Shown here one piece after another: positions 19,359-31,247 of a DNA stretch of 64,000 nt. Made by a program: the position numbers and the translations under genes. Every line of letters begins with the position of its first letter. The stretch's first letter is position 1. The DNA is taken from assembly GCA_035576005.1 (NCBI GenBank), contig DATLXH010000026.1, positions 4,229 to 68,228 on the forward strand, read 5' to 3'. A model generated the notes under the pieces. That model was given only the letters and a program-made list of their open reading frames with translations, had not been told where the DNA came from and ran no database searches. Source of the stretch: Thermoanaerobaculia bacterium. GTDB taxonomy: Bacteria; Acidobacteriota; Thermoanaerobaculia; Gp7-AA8.

Positions 19359-19456
19359 CCGCCTCCGAAGGTCGTTGCAGTAGGAATCCGGCATCGGGAT
19401 GACGTCTGGTGTCGTGCGTGTTGAGCTGAGTACCTCAGACCTTTTGTCTCAAGATC

Positions 19457-20683
19457 ATGCGCAAACCAGACACGAACATCAGAGTTGCTGTTACCGGGAT
19501 CGGGATCATTTGCTCGATTGGAAGTAATGCCGACGAGGTGTGGACCGCAATTGAACAGGCAAGGGCGGGCATCGGCCCGCTGACTGCGTTCGGCGACGAG
19601 ACATTCACGACAGACATCGCCGCCGAGGTCCCTGCAGACTTTGCGAGCGATCTGTTTGCCCGCGCGTCGGAGATGAAGCGTCTGTCACGAACCGACCTCC
19701 TTGCGATCAAGGCTGCCCAGGAAGCGGTCACTCAGGCTGATCTCGATGCGAACACTCTGATTCTTCGAGAACGGACGGTCGTGTGTACAGGAACTTCGAC
19801 GGGCGGTCTGCTCGAGGGTGAATCATACTTTTTCGAGCGACTCGTCCGTGGAGCCGGGAAGACGAGCGCTTCCCGCGTCCTGCAGCAGCCGACATCAGGA
19901 CCATCTGACGCCGTCGCCAGAACGCTCGGACTCGGCGGCGGCGTTTTATCGAACGCAACCGCATGTGCCTCAGGCGGCGCGGCCATCGGAATGGCTGCCG
20001 ATCTTTTGCGCTCAGGTCATGTTGACTCGGCGTTGGCGGGTGGAAGCGATGCGCTATGCCGGTTGACCTACAGTGGGTTCAATGTTCTGGGAGCAGTGGA
20101 TCCGGCTGCATGCGCGCCGTTCAGCGCCGATCGTAAAGGGATCACTCTGGGGGAAGGCGCGGCCTACGTCGTGCTCGAACGATGGGACGACGCGGTTGCC
20201 CGCGGTGCCCGGATCCTGGCCGAGCTGGGTGGTTACGGTGCGTCATGTGATGCCCACCACCCGACTGCGCCGGCCGAGGATGGTCGCGGAGCGTCGGCGG
20301 CAATGATGGGGGCGCTACTCGATAGCGGATCGACTGGATCGGACATCGATTACATCAACGCACATGGAACGGGAACTCTCCTCAATGACTCTGCCGAGAC
20401 GCGGGCCATCGTGACGACCCTGGGCAGCGAGGTTCCCGCGTCTTCAACGAAATCCTTCTTCGGGCACACTCTCGGCGCTGCCGGAGGGCTGGAAGCGGTG
20501 ATCACAGTCCTCGCTCTGCAGCATCAGATGGCGCCCCCTACGCTGAGGCTTCAGACGGCTGCTCAAGACTGCGCTCTCGACTACATTCCGCTCACGCCGC
20601 GCCCTATGGTCATCAGGCAGGCGCTGTCAAACACATTTGGCTTCGGCGGGAGCAACGTCTCATTGCTGTTTCGGGCGAGTTGA
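19457..20683 (+). CDS. Beta-ketoacyl-ACP synthase (KAS II / type II PKS KS-alpha-like)
   Basis: Active-site Cys in SNATACASGGAAIG; His motifs NAHGTGT and FGHTLGAAGG. Confidence 0.85.
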   Translation: MRKPDTNIRVAVTGIGIICSIGSNADEVWTAIEQARAGIGPLTAFGDETFTTDIAAEVPADFASDLFARASEMKRLSRTDLLAIKAAQEAVTQADLDANTLILRERTVVCTGTSTGGLLEGESYFFERLVRGAGKTSASRVLQQPTSGPSDAVARTLGLGGGVLSNATACASGGAAIGMAADLLRSGHVDSALAGGSDALCRLTYSGFNVLGAVDPAACAPFSADRKGITLGEGAAYVVLERWDDAVARGARILAELGGYGASCDAHHPTAPAEDGRGASAAMMGALLDSGSTGSDIDYINAHGTGTLLNDSAETRAIVTTLGSEVPASSTKSFFGHTLGAAGGLEAVITVLALQHQMAPPTLRLQTAAQDCALDYIPLTPRPMVIRQALSNTFGFGGSNVSLLFRAS

Positions 20684-21903
20684 TGAAGAGCGGTTCGCGT
20701 GTCGCGATCGAAGGGGTCGGTCTGGTCGCTCCTGGTGCTACCGGCGTCGAACAGTTCGAACAACTCCTGATGGAAGGTCGCAGCGGAATCGCAATGGTCG
20801 ACCGGTTTGACACGTCTGGCCAGAATGCTCACAAGGCGGGTCTGATCAGAGGGTTTCAGGCCCGTCAATTCATTGCTCCCGGCAAGATCCGCCGGATGAA
20901 CACCCTCTCGCGTCAGGCGGTCGCGGCCACGAAGATGGCTCGCACCGACGCAGCGATCGAGACTAATCGTTACGATCCTTCAGAAATCGGGGTCGCGCTC
21001 GGCACTGCGTTCGGCCCGGTTCAGACATCGGTTGACTACATGCGTGAGTATGTCGAGCAGGGAAGCTCACTGGCTCCGCCGCAGCTTTTCGCAGAGTCGG
21101 TTGCGAATGCGCCGGGAAGTCATATCGCAATCGAATTCGATCACCGAGGATTCAATCTCACATTGACGCAACGGGAGTCGTCAGCTCTTGCAGCCACGAT
21201 GTTTGCCTGTTCGCAGATTGTGAAAGGGACAGTGAAAGCGGCGATGGCGGTTGGCGTCGAAGAGCTCAATGAGATTACGTTCAGCGTACTCGACAAGATC
21301 GGCGCGCTGTCGTCGAATGGAGCGAAGGAAGAGGCGTCGCGACCGTTCGATCGTGATCGCGACGGAATGGTCGTCGGCGAGGGAGCGGCCGCTTTCTATC
21401 TCGACGGATCTCCGCGGGATGGCGAGACATCCTACGGGTACTTTGCCGGATTCGGCATCGCGCGGGACAGGACGGCGTCCATCTCTAATTGGGGGACCGG
21501 CGCGAGCGCGGTGGTCCGCGCGATGAGCGACGCTTTGCGTGACGCGGAGATCACGATCGGCGAAGTTGATGCGATCTGGGCCTCCGCCAATGGAAGTCTC
21601 GCGGGCGACAGGCTCGAGGCCTCTGCGCTCCGCCAGATGTTCGGAAACTCAGTACCGCCCGTCGTCGCGACCAAGGGCTACTTCGGTGAATACGCGGGCG
21701 CCGGCGCACTTCATCTTGTTACGGCCGCAGTAGCGATGCGGAGGCAGTGGATCCCCGCGTCCCTCGGTTTCGAGGAAAGCGAAATCGGCCTGGAGTTGCC
21801 AGTCAACATTGCTGGCCGGCCCAGTCCGCTGAGGAACATCCTCGTCAACTCGCTCTCTGCCGGTGGTGGAATCGTTTGTGCGATCCTTTCCCGACAGTCA
21901 TGA
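20680..21903 (+). CDS. Ketosynthase-like protein lacking the active-site Cys (chain-length-factor / KS-beta-like)
   Basis: KS fold (VGVEELNEI, DRDGMVVGEGAAAFYL), but the Cys position reads LTLTQRESSALAA (Gln/Arg in place of Cys). ATGA overlap with the upstream KS. Confidence 0.65.
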   Translation: MMKSGSRVAIEGVGLVAPGATGVEQFEQLLMEGRSGIAMVDRFDTSGQNAHKAGLIRGFQARQFIAPGKIRRMNTLSRQAVAATKMARTDAAIETNRYDPSEIGVALGTAFGPVQTSVDYMREYVEQGSSLAPPQLFAESVANAPGSHIAIEFDHRGFNLTLTQRESSALAATMFACSQIVKGTVKAAMAVGVEELNEITFSVLDKIGALSSNGAKEEASRPFDRDRDGMVVGEGAAAFYLDGSPRDGETSYGYFAGFGIARDRTASISNWGTGASAVVRAMSDALRDAEITIGEVDAIWASANGSLAGDRLEASALRQMFGNSVPPVVATKGYFGEYAGAGALHLVTAAVAMRRQWIPASLGFEESEIGLELPVNIAGRPSPLRNILVNSLSAGGGIVCAILSRQS

Positions 21904-22571
21904 AAATCCTGGGCGTCATTCCCGCATTCAACGCCGAACAGACGGTGGGCGGTCTTGTCAGAAAATCGCTCGCTCACCTGAGTGATGTGATCGTCGTTGA
22001 CGACGGCTCGTCGGACAAGACCGGCTACGAAGCCGCTAACGCCGGGGCGATCGTGTTGCGGCACGAAGTGAATCGGGGCAAGGGCGCCGCGCTCAAGACA
22101 GCGTTTGAGTACGCGACCTCGCACGAATACGATGCCGCCATAACGCTCGATGCGGATGGACAGCATCTTCCCGAGGACATTCCCAAGCTCAGTCGTGCCT
22201 TCAGTGAGACGGGCGGAGATCTGATCATCGGGAGCCGGCGTCACCTCTTCGCGCAAATGATTCCTCGCCGAAGGATGGCCAACAAATTTTCCTCGTGGGC
22301 TATCTCAGTCGGATCCGGTGCGAAGGTTGACGACTCGCAGAGCGGCTATCGACTCTACAGCGCCAGGCTGATGAAGGCTCTACCAATTCGCTCATCTGGA
22401 TTCGATATGGAGAGTGAAGTTATCGTGCGTGCGGCGCGGAGCAAAATGAAGATCGTGATGATCCCGATCGAGCTCGGCTTCGTGGATGGTTTACAGACCA
22501 GTTACTACCGCCCGATACGCGACACCTTCAAGATTCTCGGGACGGCGCTGCGCACTCGATTCCTCGGTTGA
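21900..22571 (+). CDS. Family 2 glycosyltransferase (dolichyl-phosphate mannosyltransferase-like, ApeJ-like)
   Basis: MKILGVIPAFNAEQT...VIVVDDGSSDKTG...ITLDADGQH. 4-bp overlap with the CLF-like gene. Confidence 0.75.
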   Translation: MKILGVIPAFNAEQTVGGLVRKSLAHLSDVIVVDDGSSDKTGYEAANAGAIVLRHEVNRGKGAALKTAFEYATSHEYDAAITLDADGQHLPEDIPKLSRAFSETGGDLIIGSRRHLFAQMIPRRRMANKFSSWAISVGSGAKVDDSQSGYRLYSARLMKALPIRSSGFDMESEVIVRAARSKMKIVMIPIELGFVDGLQTSYYRPIRDTFKILGTALRTRFLG

Positions 22572-22782
22572 GCCGGCGCCGCCGCAAGCGCGTAGAACGC
22601 TGATGAAGTCTTGACACGACGACTTCATCAGAAGGACCGAGGATCTGGTCGGGGCCTCGGCAACAGTCAACGATTCCTGACCCTCAGTGTAAGGCCCCCC
22701 ACTCAGATCCTCCGCTCGACGCTCGGGAGGACTCCGGCGAGGAACACGTTCCTCGTGTCGCAATGCGGGGTAGAATCGCGCT

Positions 22783-23469
22783 GTGACGATCCCCGCAATC
22801 CGATTCAGGAAATTCAGCCTCTTTGCCGACCTGGATGACGTTGAGCTGGGAGCGATTGCTGCGCTCGCGAAGCCACGCAGCTATTCGAAAGACGATGTGA
22901 TCTTTCACGAGGATGAGACAGGTGACGTCTTTTGTCTCATCATCTCGGGTCAGGTGAAAGTAACGATGATCTCGCCGGAAGGTAAGGAGATCATTCTCTC
23001 GATGCTTGGAGAGGGCGAGTTTTTTGGAGAGATGGCGCTCTTCGACGACCAGCCGCGCTCGGCGACGATCGTCGCCACGCAGGCTCTCGAGCTCCTGACT
23101 CTCTGGAGATCAGATTTCCTGAAGATCCTCAGCGAGAATTTCTCTATCACCAGAAAGGTCCTCGTGGTGATCTCGCGGCGACTCAGGCATGCGTCTCACA
23201 GAATTGAATCGCTGGCAACGATGGATGTCTATGGCCGCCTGGCGCGATTTTTCCTCGACCTCGCGAAAGAGAACGGGAAAGAGGTGGGTAATGGATTCAT
23301 CGCTGTCATCCGTCCGACGCACCAGGCGATTGCGAACACAATCGGAACCTCGCGAGAAACGGTTTCACGTCTGATTCATGACCTCATCCAGCAGAACCTG
23401 CTGATTTCAGAGGGCAAAACCATCTACCTTCGCAAGACTGCCCTGGATCACTTCAGGAGTGGTTTGTAG
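22783..23469 (+). CDS. Crp/Fnr-family transcriptional regulator (cNMP-binding + HTH)
   Basis: cNMP-binding GEFFGEMALFDDQPRSATIVA; C-terminal HTH SRETVSRLIHDL. Confidence 0.8.
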   Translation: MTIPAIRFRKFSLFADLDDVELGAIAALAKPRSYSKDDVIFHEDETGDVFCLIISGQVKVTMISPEGKEIILSMLGEGEFFGEMALFDDQPRSATIVATQALELLTLWRSDFLKILSENFSITRKVLVVISRRLRHASHRIESLATMDVYGRLARFFLDLAKENGKEVGNGFIAVIRPTHQAIANTIGTSRETVSRLIHDLIQQNLLISEGKTIYLRKTALDHFRSGL

Positions 23470-23545
23470 TGCTGCGGACTGGGGTCGGTTCGGCTGACGT
23501 GCAATTGACAGCGTCCGCGACGACGCGCTGCGCTGTCACGAGCTG

Positions 23546-24139
23546 ATGGTGTCTTCGTTGTCGCCGCAGGGCCGGCACGGCGTCCTCACAATCCCGAACG
23601 GCATCTCGCTGCTCCGACTTCTTATCGTTCCATTCGTTCTCCTTTTTGCCCACCGCGGAGAGTTCAGGCTCGCTTTCTGGCTCTTCGTGTTCGCGGCGAT
23701 CACGGATGGGGTCGACGGCTGGCTTGCGCGACGACTGAATCAAAGGTCGTCAGTCGGGGCGATGCTCGATCCAGCGGCTGACAAGGTCATGGCCATCCTC
23801 GGCTTTGTCATGTTCACGTTGAGCGACCGGATACCGTTCCGCCTCCCGCTCTGGTTGACGTTCACGATTTTCGTGCGTGATTTCATGATTGTTGTATTTG
23901 CGTACCTGCTGTTCACCAGGATCCGGATCAAGCGTTTCCCGCCGACCATCTCAGGCAAAGTCTCGACTGTGGTTCAGGTCGTTACGCTCGCGGCCGTGAT
24001 CGCGGTCAACGCTTTCTCCGGGATCGGCTGGGAGGGTGTCCAGATGCTTTTCAAGGTCGCGCTCGTCACCACGCTCTTTTCAGCCTTCGGCTACCTGCGG
24101 CGCGCAGAGATCATGTTGAAACTCGAAAGGGCGGAGTAG
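23546..24139 (+). CDS. CDP-alcohol phosphatidyltransferase family protein
   Basis: DGVDGWLARRLNQRSSVGAMLDPAADK matches D-G-x2-A-R-x8-G-x3-D-x3-D. Confidence 0.8.
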   Translation: MVSSLSPQGRHGVLTIPNGISLLRLLIVPFVLLFAHRGEFRLAFWLFVFAAITDGVDGWLARRLNQRSSVGAMLDPAADKVMAILGFVMFTLSDRIPFRLPLWLTFTIFVRDFMIVVFAYLLFTRIRIKRFPPTISGKVSTVVQVVTLAAVIAVNAFSGIGWEGVQMLFKVALVTTLFSAFGYLRRAEIMLKLERAE

Positions 24140-24218
24140 GAGGACGACATCGAGGCAGTCTCGCTTCTTGCCTCCCGTCGAAATAAGATGCCATGAAGTC
24201 GCCGTTTCGTGAGCCGGT

Positions 24219-24295
<77 letters not shown>

Positions 24296-24301
24296 ATCCC
24301 T

Positions 24302-24387
<86 letters not shown>

Positions 24388-24423
24388 TCCCTTCATTTTC
24401 CTGACAAAACGGAAGCCCATACG

Positions 24424-25698
24424 ATGCTGATTGATTATCGCGAACTGTCCTCGGTGAAGCGCCTCGTCGAAGTGGAGATCCCTTCAGAGGCGGTCTCGAG
24501 TGAGATTAAAAAAGTGGCATCTGACTTCGGACGTCAGGCGCGGATCCCTGGATTCCGTGCCGGCAAGGTTCCTCAGAAGGTCGTCAAAAATCGATTCATG
24601 AAGGAGATCCAGGAAGAAGTAGTCGATCGGCTGCTGCCGCGGTTCTTCCAGCAGGCGGTGACTGAGAAAAAGGAAGCTGCCATCGGGAATCCTGATCTCA
24701 AGCGGATGGATCCACTGGTGGAAGGGCAGCCACTGACCTTCGTAGCGGAGTTCGAGATCAAGCCTACCGTGGAGCTGGCGGAGTACAAAGGGATCGAGAT
24801 CCGCGAGCCATCCGTCGAGGTTGGCGAGGCTGACATCGACCAGATCCTCGAACGTTATCGGGAGCAGTCGAGTTTTTATCGGCCAGTCCACAACCGCCCG
24901 GCGGAGAAAGACGACATCGTCGTGATCGATCTCATCAGCACGGCGGACGGAATGGAGACCCAACGTTCTGAGGATGGGCACATCAAGGTGGGTGAAGCGA
25001 GTCCGATCCCTGAGTTGCATGAGGCGATCCTCGGGAAACTTCCGGACGATCGATTCAGCTTTGAAAAAGAGTATGGAGACGACGTGCCGAGCGAGAGTTT
25101 TCGCGGACGCACTGTGCGCCATGAAGTGACGATCAACGAAATTCGGGTGCAGGAGAAGCCGGAGCTCAGTGACCAGTTCGCCAAGAGCGTGGGCACCTGG
25201 GATAGTCTCGAAGAAATGCGCGCGAAGGTGGGAGACGATCTCAAGCGCCATCGCGAACAGGAAGCGATTCGGAACAAGCGTGACCAGCTTGGTGAGGTTC
25301 TCCTGTCCAGACACCAGTTCGAAGTCCCCGATGTGATGGTGGAGGACGAGCTGGGCAAATCGCTGCAGAACTATGCGAGGTATCTCGCCTCACAGCAGGT
25401 CGATCTGGAGAAGGCTGGGATCGACTGGATGAGCGTTCGCAAGGAGTTTCGACCTGAAGCGGTAAAGCGGGTCAAGCGGGGACTCATCCTCGATGAAATT
25501 GCGAAGCGCGAAGGGCTGGTCGTGAGTGATCTCGAGGTCGATGCGGAGATTCGAAAAGCGGCGCACGAAGGACGACGAGAATTCGCCGATGTGAAACATC
25601 ACCTCAAGCACGACGGTGGTTACGAGTCGCTTCGTCTGTCGCTCAGCGAGGAGAGAGCTCTGGCGATGCTGCTCGATCACGCTGTGGTCACGACATAA
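24424..25698 (+). CDS. tig: Trigger factor
   Basis: MLIDYRELSSVKRLVEVEIPSEAV...GFRAGKVP. Start trimmed; the six-frame ORF starts inside the tRNA genes. Confidence 0.9.
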   Translation: MLIDYRELSSVKRLVEVEIPSEAVSSEIKKVASDFGRQARIPGFRAGKVPQKVVKNRFMKEIQEEVVDRLLPRFFQQAVTEKKEAAIGNPDLKRMDPLVEGQPLTFVAEFEIKPTVELAEYKGIEIREPSVEVGEADIDQILERYREQSSFYRPVHNRPAEKDDIVVIDLISTADGMETQRSEDGHIKVGEASPIPELHEAILGKLPDDRFSFEKEYGDDVPSESFRGRTVRHEVTINEIRVQEKPELSDQFAKSVGTWDSLEEMRAKVGDDLKRHREQEAIRNKRDQLGEVLLSRHQFEVPDVMVEDELGKSLQNYARYLASQQVDLEKAGIDWMSVRKEFRPEAVKRVKRGLILDEIAKREGLVVSDLEVDAEIRKAAHEGRREFADVKHHLKHDGGYESLRLSLSEERALAMLLDHAVVTT

Positions 25699-25747
25699 GG
25701 CTGGATATAGAACGCGCAACGCAGAAAAAGAACGAGGGAGTACGTCG

Positions 25748-25781
25748 TCTCGCGGCGAAGGTCTGTGAGAAATGCGGGTTA
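25748..25781. repeat. Solo right-terminus fragment of the MITE family (GGCGAAGGTCTGTGAGAAATGCGGGTTA)
   Basis: Matches the right TIR of the copies at 48355-48537 and 50956-51138. Confidence 0.6.
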
Positions 25782-25876
25782 ATTCCAACCGCGGGCTGGG
25801 CGGAATGACCTGGACACCCAATTGATTCTTACAGCACGCAACCCATCATCCGCACTCAACGGGAGAATGATCCACC

Positions 25877-26464
25877 ATGGTTTTGATTCCGATGGTAGTA
25901 GAGCAGACGAGTCGTGGGGAGCGTGCCTACGACATTTATTCGCGGCTGCTCAAAGACAACGTAATTTTTCTCGGTCAGCCGATCGACGACACCGTGTCGA
26001 ATCTGGTGATTGCGCAGATGCTGTTTCTCGAGGCTGAGAACCCGGAGAAAGACATTTCGATCTACATCAACTCGCCAGGTGGCTCGATCACCGCAGGGCT
26101 GGCGATTTACGACACGATGCAGTATGTGAAGCCCGACATCACGACGATCTGCATAGGCCAGGCAGCCTCAATGGCTGCGGTCCTGCTGGCTGCGGGGAAG
26201 AAAGGAAAACGGTACGCCTTGCCAAACTCGAGAGTACTCATTCATCAGCCACTCATGCATGGTCTGGGCGGTCAGGCGAGCGAGATCGACATTCACGCCA
26301 AAGACATCATGCGGATGAAGCAAAGGATCAACTCGATCCTTTCAGATCACAGCGGTCAGCCGATCGATAAAGTCGATCGCGACACCGATCGAGATTACAT
26401 TCTTCAAGCCTCGGAGGCCGTCACCTACGGGCTCGTCGATCAGGTGATCTCCAAGCGCGATTAG
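25877..26464 (+). CDS. clpP: ATP-dependent Clp protease proteolytic subunit
   Basis: [28 protein letters not shown] (catalytic Ser), LIHQP (His). Confidence 0.95.
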   Translation: MVLIPMVVEQTSRGERAYDIYSRLLKDNVIFLGQPIDDTVSNLVIAQMLFLEAENPEKDISIYINSPGGSITAGLAIYDTMQYVKPDITTICIGQAASMAAVLLAAGKKGKRYALPNSRVLIHQPLMHGLGGQASEIDIHAKDIMRMKQRINSILSDHSGQPIDKVDRDTDRDYILQASEAVTYGLVDQVISKRD

Positions 26465-26737
26465 GAGCAAGTCCACGTTGATGCCGTCTATGCGGGTGGC
26501 TTTGACACCCGCGAGGACGAAAATACGCCCCTCGTCGCGAAGAGTCCCCGCCGCGTGGAATACACCTTTGTTTCCGATAGCGTGTAGAACTCCTTCCCGC
26601 AATGCCTCGGCGGAGCACCTCCATGCATCGGAATGAAGTTCTTTTAAGAGTATGTTGTCAGAGGTCTACGCGGAGACATTCTTGACACTCCTCACTTACG
26701 CGTAGAACATTGCTTCCAATCGAGAGGATCGAGCTCA

Positions 26738-27988
<1,251 letters not shown>

Positions 27989-28066
27989 CACTCCGTACCG
28001 GTACCGCCGCAGTTGCCGTCGGGTTACGCCGTGGAAGGACGGCCTCGCCGGCAGGAACAAAAAACT

Positions 28067-30466
28067 ATGCCCAACTCCAAGTCGCAGTTCGTTCCGCTCG
28101 TTCCATTACGTGACATGGTCGTATTTCCCTCGATGATGGCCCCATTCGTCGTCGGGCGTCGCGCATCAATCCTCGCGCTCGAAGCCACTCTCTTAACTAC
28201 GGAAAAGCGGATCTTTCTGGCAACGCAGCGCGACCCGAAAGTCGATGATCCGAAAATGGACGAGATCTTTCCGATCGGTGTCATCGCAACGGTTGTCCAG
28301 AACCTCAAGCTTCCCAATCAGAACGTGAAGGTCATGGTCGAGGGGATCAGCCGAGGGGAAATCCGCTCGTTCGTGGAGACCGACGGTTACATATCCGTTG
28401 AGGTCGCGCCGATCGACACGAGCTGTCCTGTCACTCCTGAGGTCACCGAGTACATTCAGAAGCTGGTCGAGATCTTCGAGCAGTACGCGAAGATGTCGCA
28501 CCATCTAGCTTTCGAAGGGGTCATGTCGTCGCTCAAGCTCGACGATCCCGATAAATTCGCTGACACGCTCTCGTCACACCTTCTCATCACGACGGTGGAA
28601 AAACAGCAGCTCCTGGAAACTTCCAACCCTTACGAGCGCCTTCAGAAGCTGCAGGATTTTCTCGAGATCGAGATTGAGAAAATCAACATCGATAAGCGAA
28701 TCAACTCCAAGGTCAAAAAGCAGATGGAGCGGGCTCAGAAGGAGTACTACCTCAACGAGAAAATCAAGGCGATTCACCAGGAGCTCGGCCGCAAGGACGA
28801 CCGCTCTGATGAAGTCGAGGAGCTCAAGCAGAAGATCGAAGCTGCCGGAATGCCGCAGGAAACGAAAGAGAAGGCACTCCAGGAGCTCAAGCGGCTCGAG
28901 TCGATGCCAGGGGTTTCCGCTGAAGCAACCGTTTCACGGAACTACATCGAGTGGCTCGTGTCGGTCCCCTGGAAGAAGACATCCAAAGAGATCCGCGACA
29001 TCGAGCGTGCCGAGCAGATCCTCAACGAAGATCACTACGGTCTGAACAAGATCAAGGACCGAATTCTCGAGTTCCTTGCTGTGCGTCAACTCGTCAAGGG
29101 TCCGAAGGGATCCATTCTCTGTTTCGTCGGACCACCGGGCGTTGGCAAGACCTCGCTGGCCAAGTCCATCGCGAGAGCGACCGGCCGGAAGTTTGTCCGC
29201 CTTTCGCTGGGCGGAGTACGGGATGAGGCTGAAATTCGCGGACATCGCAGGACCTACATCGGAGCCTTTCCGGGTCAGATCATTCAGCGGATGAAAAAGG
29301 CCGGCACGATCAATCCCGTCTTTCTCCTCGACGAGGTCGACAAGATGGCCATGGACTTTCGTGGCGATCCTTCGGCAGCGCTGCTGGAGGTTCTGGATCC
29401 TGAGCAGAATCATGCATTCGTCGATCATTACCTCGATGTCGAGTACGACATCTCCAAGGTCATGTTCATCGCGACGGCGAACGTCACGCACACGATCCCC
29501 GCCCCTCTGAAGGATCGGATGGAGATCATTCAGCTGTCGGGATACACCCATCTCGAGAAGCTCTCGATTGCGAGGCAGTTTCTCGTTCCCAAGCAGCGCA
29601 CCGAGCATGGTCTGGAAGAGACCAACATCGTCACGGAAGACAGCGCGCTCGAAGAGTTGATCAGTTCCTATACTCGGGAGTCGGGAGTTCGAAGTCTGGA
29701 GCGCGAGATTGGCTCGGTGTATCGCAAGATTGCGCGCAGCGTCGTGCGTGAGGGTGCCGACTTCAAAGCTCTCATCGACCAGGCTAAGGTCCGGGAGCTG
29801 ATGGGAAAGCCGCGCTTCCGATCGCACGCCATTCACGACACAAGCGAGATCGGTCTCGCTACGGGGCTTGCCTGGACGGAGGTGGGGGGAGAGATTCTCA
29901 CTACGGAAGTCGCGCTCTCACGTGGAAAAGGGATTCTGACGCTGACAGGAAAGCTGGGCGACGTCATGCAGGAGTCTGCCCGCGCCGCACTTTCCTATGT
30001 CCGCTCACGAGCGCACCTGTTCGGGATCGATCCCGAGTTTCACGACAAGATCGATATCCACATCCATGTTCCTGAAGGGGCAATCCCGAAAGATGGCCCA
30101 TCGGCAGGGATCACGATGGCTACAGCGCTACTGTCGGCCGTCACCAAAATTCCGATTCATCGCGACGTTGCCATGACTGGCGAGATCACGTTGCGGGGGA
30201 AGGTTCTCCCGATCGGCGGCGTCAAGGATAAGATCCTTGCTGCCTCCCGTGCAGGAATCACCAGGGTGATCCTGCCGTTGGATAACGAGCGTGACCTCGA
30301 GGATATCCCTGCAGATGTCCGTGAGAAGATGGAATTTCATCTCGTCGAATCGATGGATCAGGTTGTAGCCGTCGCGCTCGATGGCACGATCGTTCCATTG
30401 GAAGCTAAGGAAAAATTACCCGAGCCAGCCAAGACAATCGGTGGCGAAGAGCCCCTCACTCACTGA
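28067..30466 (+). CDS. lon: ATP-dependent Lon protease
   Basis: LON N-domain ([13 protein letters not shown]), AAA+ GPPGVGKTS, protease domain with catalytic [15 protein letters not shown]. Start set at MPNSKSQ. Confidence 0.95.
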   Translation: MPNSKSQFVPLVPLRDMVVFPSMMAPFVVGRRASILALEATLLTTEKRIFLATQRDPKVDDPKMDEIFPIGVIATVVQNLKLPNQNVKVMVEGISRGEIRSFVETDGYISVEVAPIDTSCPVTPEVTEYIQKLVEIFEQYAKMSHHLAFEGVMSSLKLDDPDKFADTLSSHLLITTVEKQQLLETSNPYERLQKLQDFLEIEIEKINIDKRINSKVKKQMERAQKEYYLNEKIKAIHQELGRKDDRSDEVEELKQKIEAAGMPQETKEKALQELKRLESMPGVSAEATVSRNYIEWLVSVPWKKTSKEIRDIERAEQILNEDHYGLNKIKDRILEFLAVRQLVKGPKGSILCFVGPPGVGKTSLAKSIARATGRKFVRLSLGGVRDEAEIRGHRRTYIGAFPGQIIQRMKKAGTINPVFLLDEVDKMAMDFRGDPSAALLEVLDPEQNHAFVDHYLDVEYDISKVMFIATANVTHTIPAPLKDRMEIIQLSGYTHLEKLSIARQFLVPKQRTEHGLEETNIVTEDSALEELISSYTRESGVRSLEREIGSVYRKIARSVVREGADFKALIDQAKVRELMGKPRFRSHAIHDTSEIGLATGLAWTEVGGEILTTEVALSRGKGILTLTGKLGDVMQESARAALSYVRSRAHLFGIDPEFHDKIDIHIHVPEGAIPKDGPSAGITMATALLSAVTKIPIHRDVAMTGEITLRGKVLPIGGVKDKILAASRAGITRVILPLDNERDLEDIPADVREKMEFHLVESMDQVVAVALDGTIVPLEAKEKLPEPAKTIGGEEPLTH

Positions 30467-30600
30467 AAATGCCGCGTTGGTACGGGATCGTTCGGTCCCG
30501 TACCGGCGGCAGTTCGATTTGACCTGATTCAACCCCTCAGCACCCCTGCCACTCCAACCTTCTTTCAAACCATCCGATTTGTGAACCTAAGTCTCTAACT

Positions 30601-31191
30601 TTGGAAATACGATCAGTCGTCTTTCACCGGGCGGCGTACGACCCGAAGGATTTCCCCCAGGACAAGCGCCCTCAGTTCGCGATCATCGGGCGCTCGAATG
30701 TTGGAAAGTCGAGCCTGATCAACACGATTTTGAAGCGCAAAGGCATCGCCAGGGTCAGCCAGACTCCCGGCAAGACACAAGCGGTCCAGTTCTACCTCAT
30801 TAACGACAAGTTCTACATCGTCGATCTACCTGGATACGGCTACGCCAAAGTTTCAAAGCAGACCTCTGCGTCATGGGGCGCGCTGGCGCGTTCGTATTTC
30901 GAATCAGCGGAGGAACTGAAGCTCACTTTCCTGCTTCTGGATGCCAGACGCACTCCTTCGGATCATGACCTTGATATGCGTGACTGGATGGATGAGGCCA
31001 ACGTGGCCTGGCAGGCTGTTCTGACGAAAGTCGACAAACTTTCCAACAATGAGATGGCGAGCGCGGTGCGAGGGGTCGGTGAGACGCTGGGGCGTGAGGC
31101 GAATTCTTTCATCAGGTTCTCCAAAGTCACGAGGGAAGGGGTCGATCGAATCTGGCGTCCGATCGATGCCGAGCTGCAGAAATCCAACTAG
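30601..31191 (+). CDS. engB: Ribosome-biogenesis GTPase EngB/YihA
   Basis: G1 [15 protein letters not shown]3 DLPGYG, G4 TKVDK. Non-ATG (TTG) start as given in the ORF track. Confidence 0.8.
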   Translation: MEIRSVVFHRAAYDPKDFPQDKRPQFAIIGRSNVGKSSLINTILKRKGIARVSQTPGKTQAVQFYLINDKFYIVDLPGYGYAKVSKQTSASWGALARSYFESAEELKLTFLLLDARRTPSDHDLDMRDWMDEANVAWQAVLTKVDKLSNNEMASAVRGVGETLGREANSFIRFSKVTREGVDRIWRPIDAELQKSN

Positions 31192-31247
31192 TTACCCGTC
31201 ACTGGACGCTGGCTACAACGTTCGCAGATGCTTCTCGCGAGGAAACG

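Noticed and set aside
30470-30500. Hairpin after lon (GGTACGGGA-tcgttcgg-TCCCGTACC) as an intrinsic terminator
   Set aside because: - There is a stable stem but no downstream U-tract.
- It may still terminate in a high-GC organism, but cannot be called from sequence.
- It is mentioned only here.
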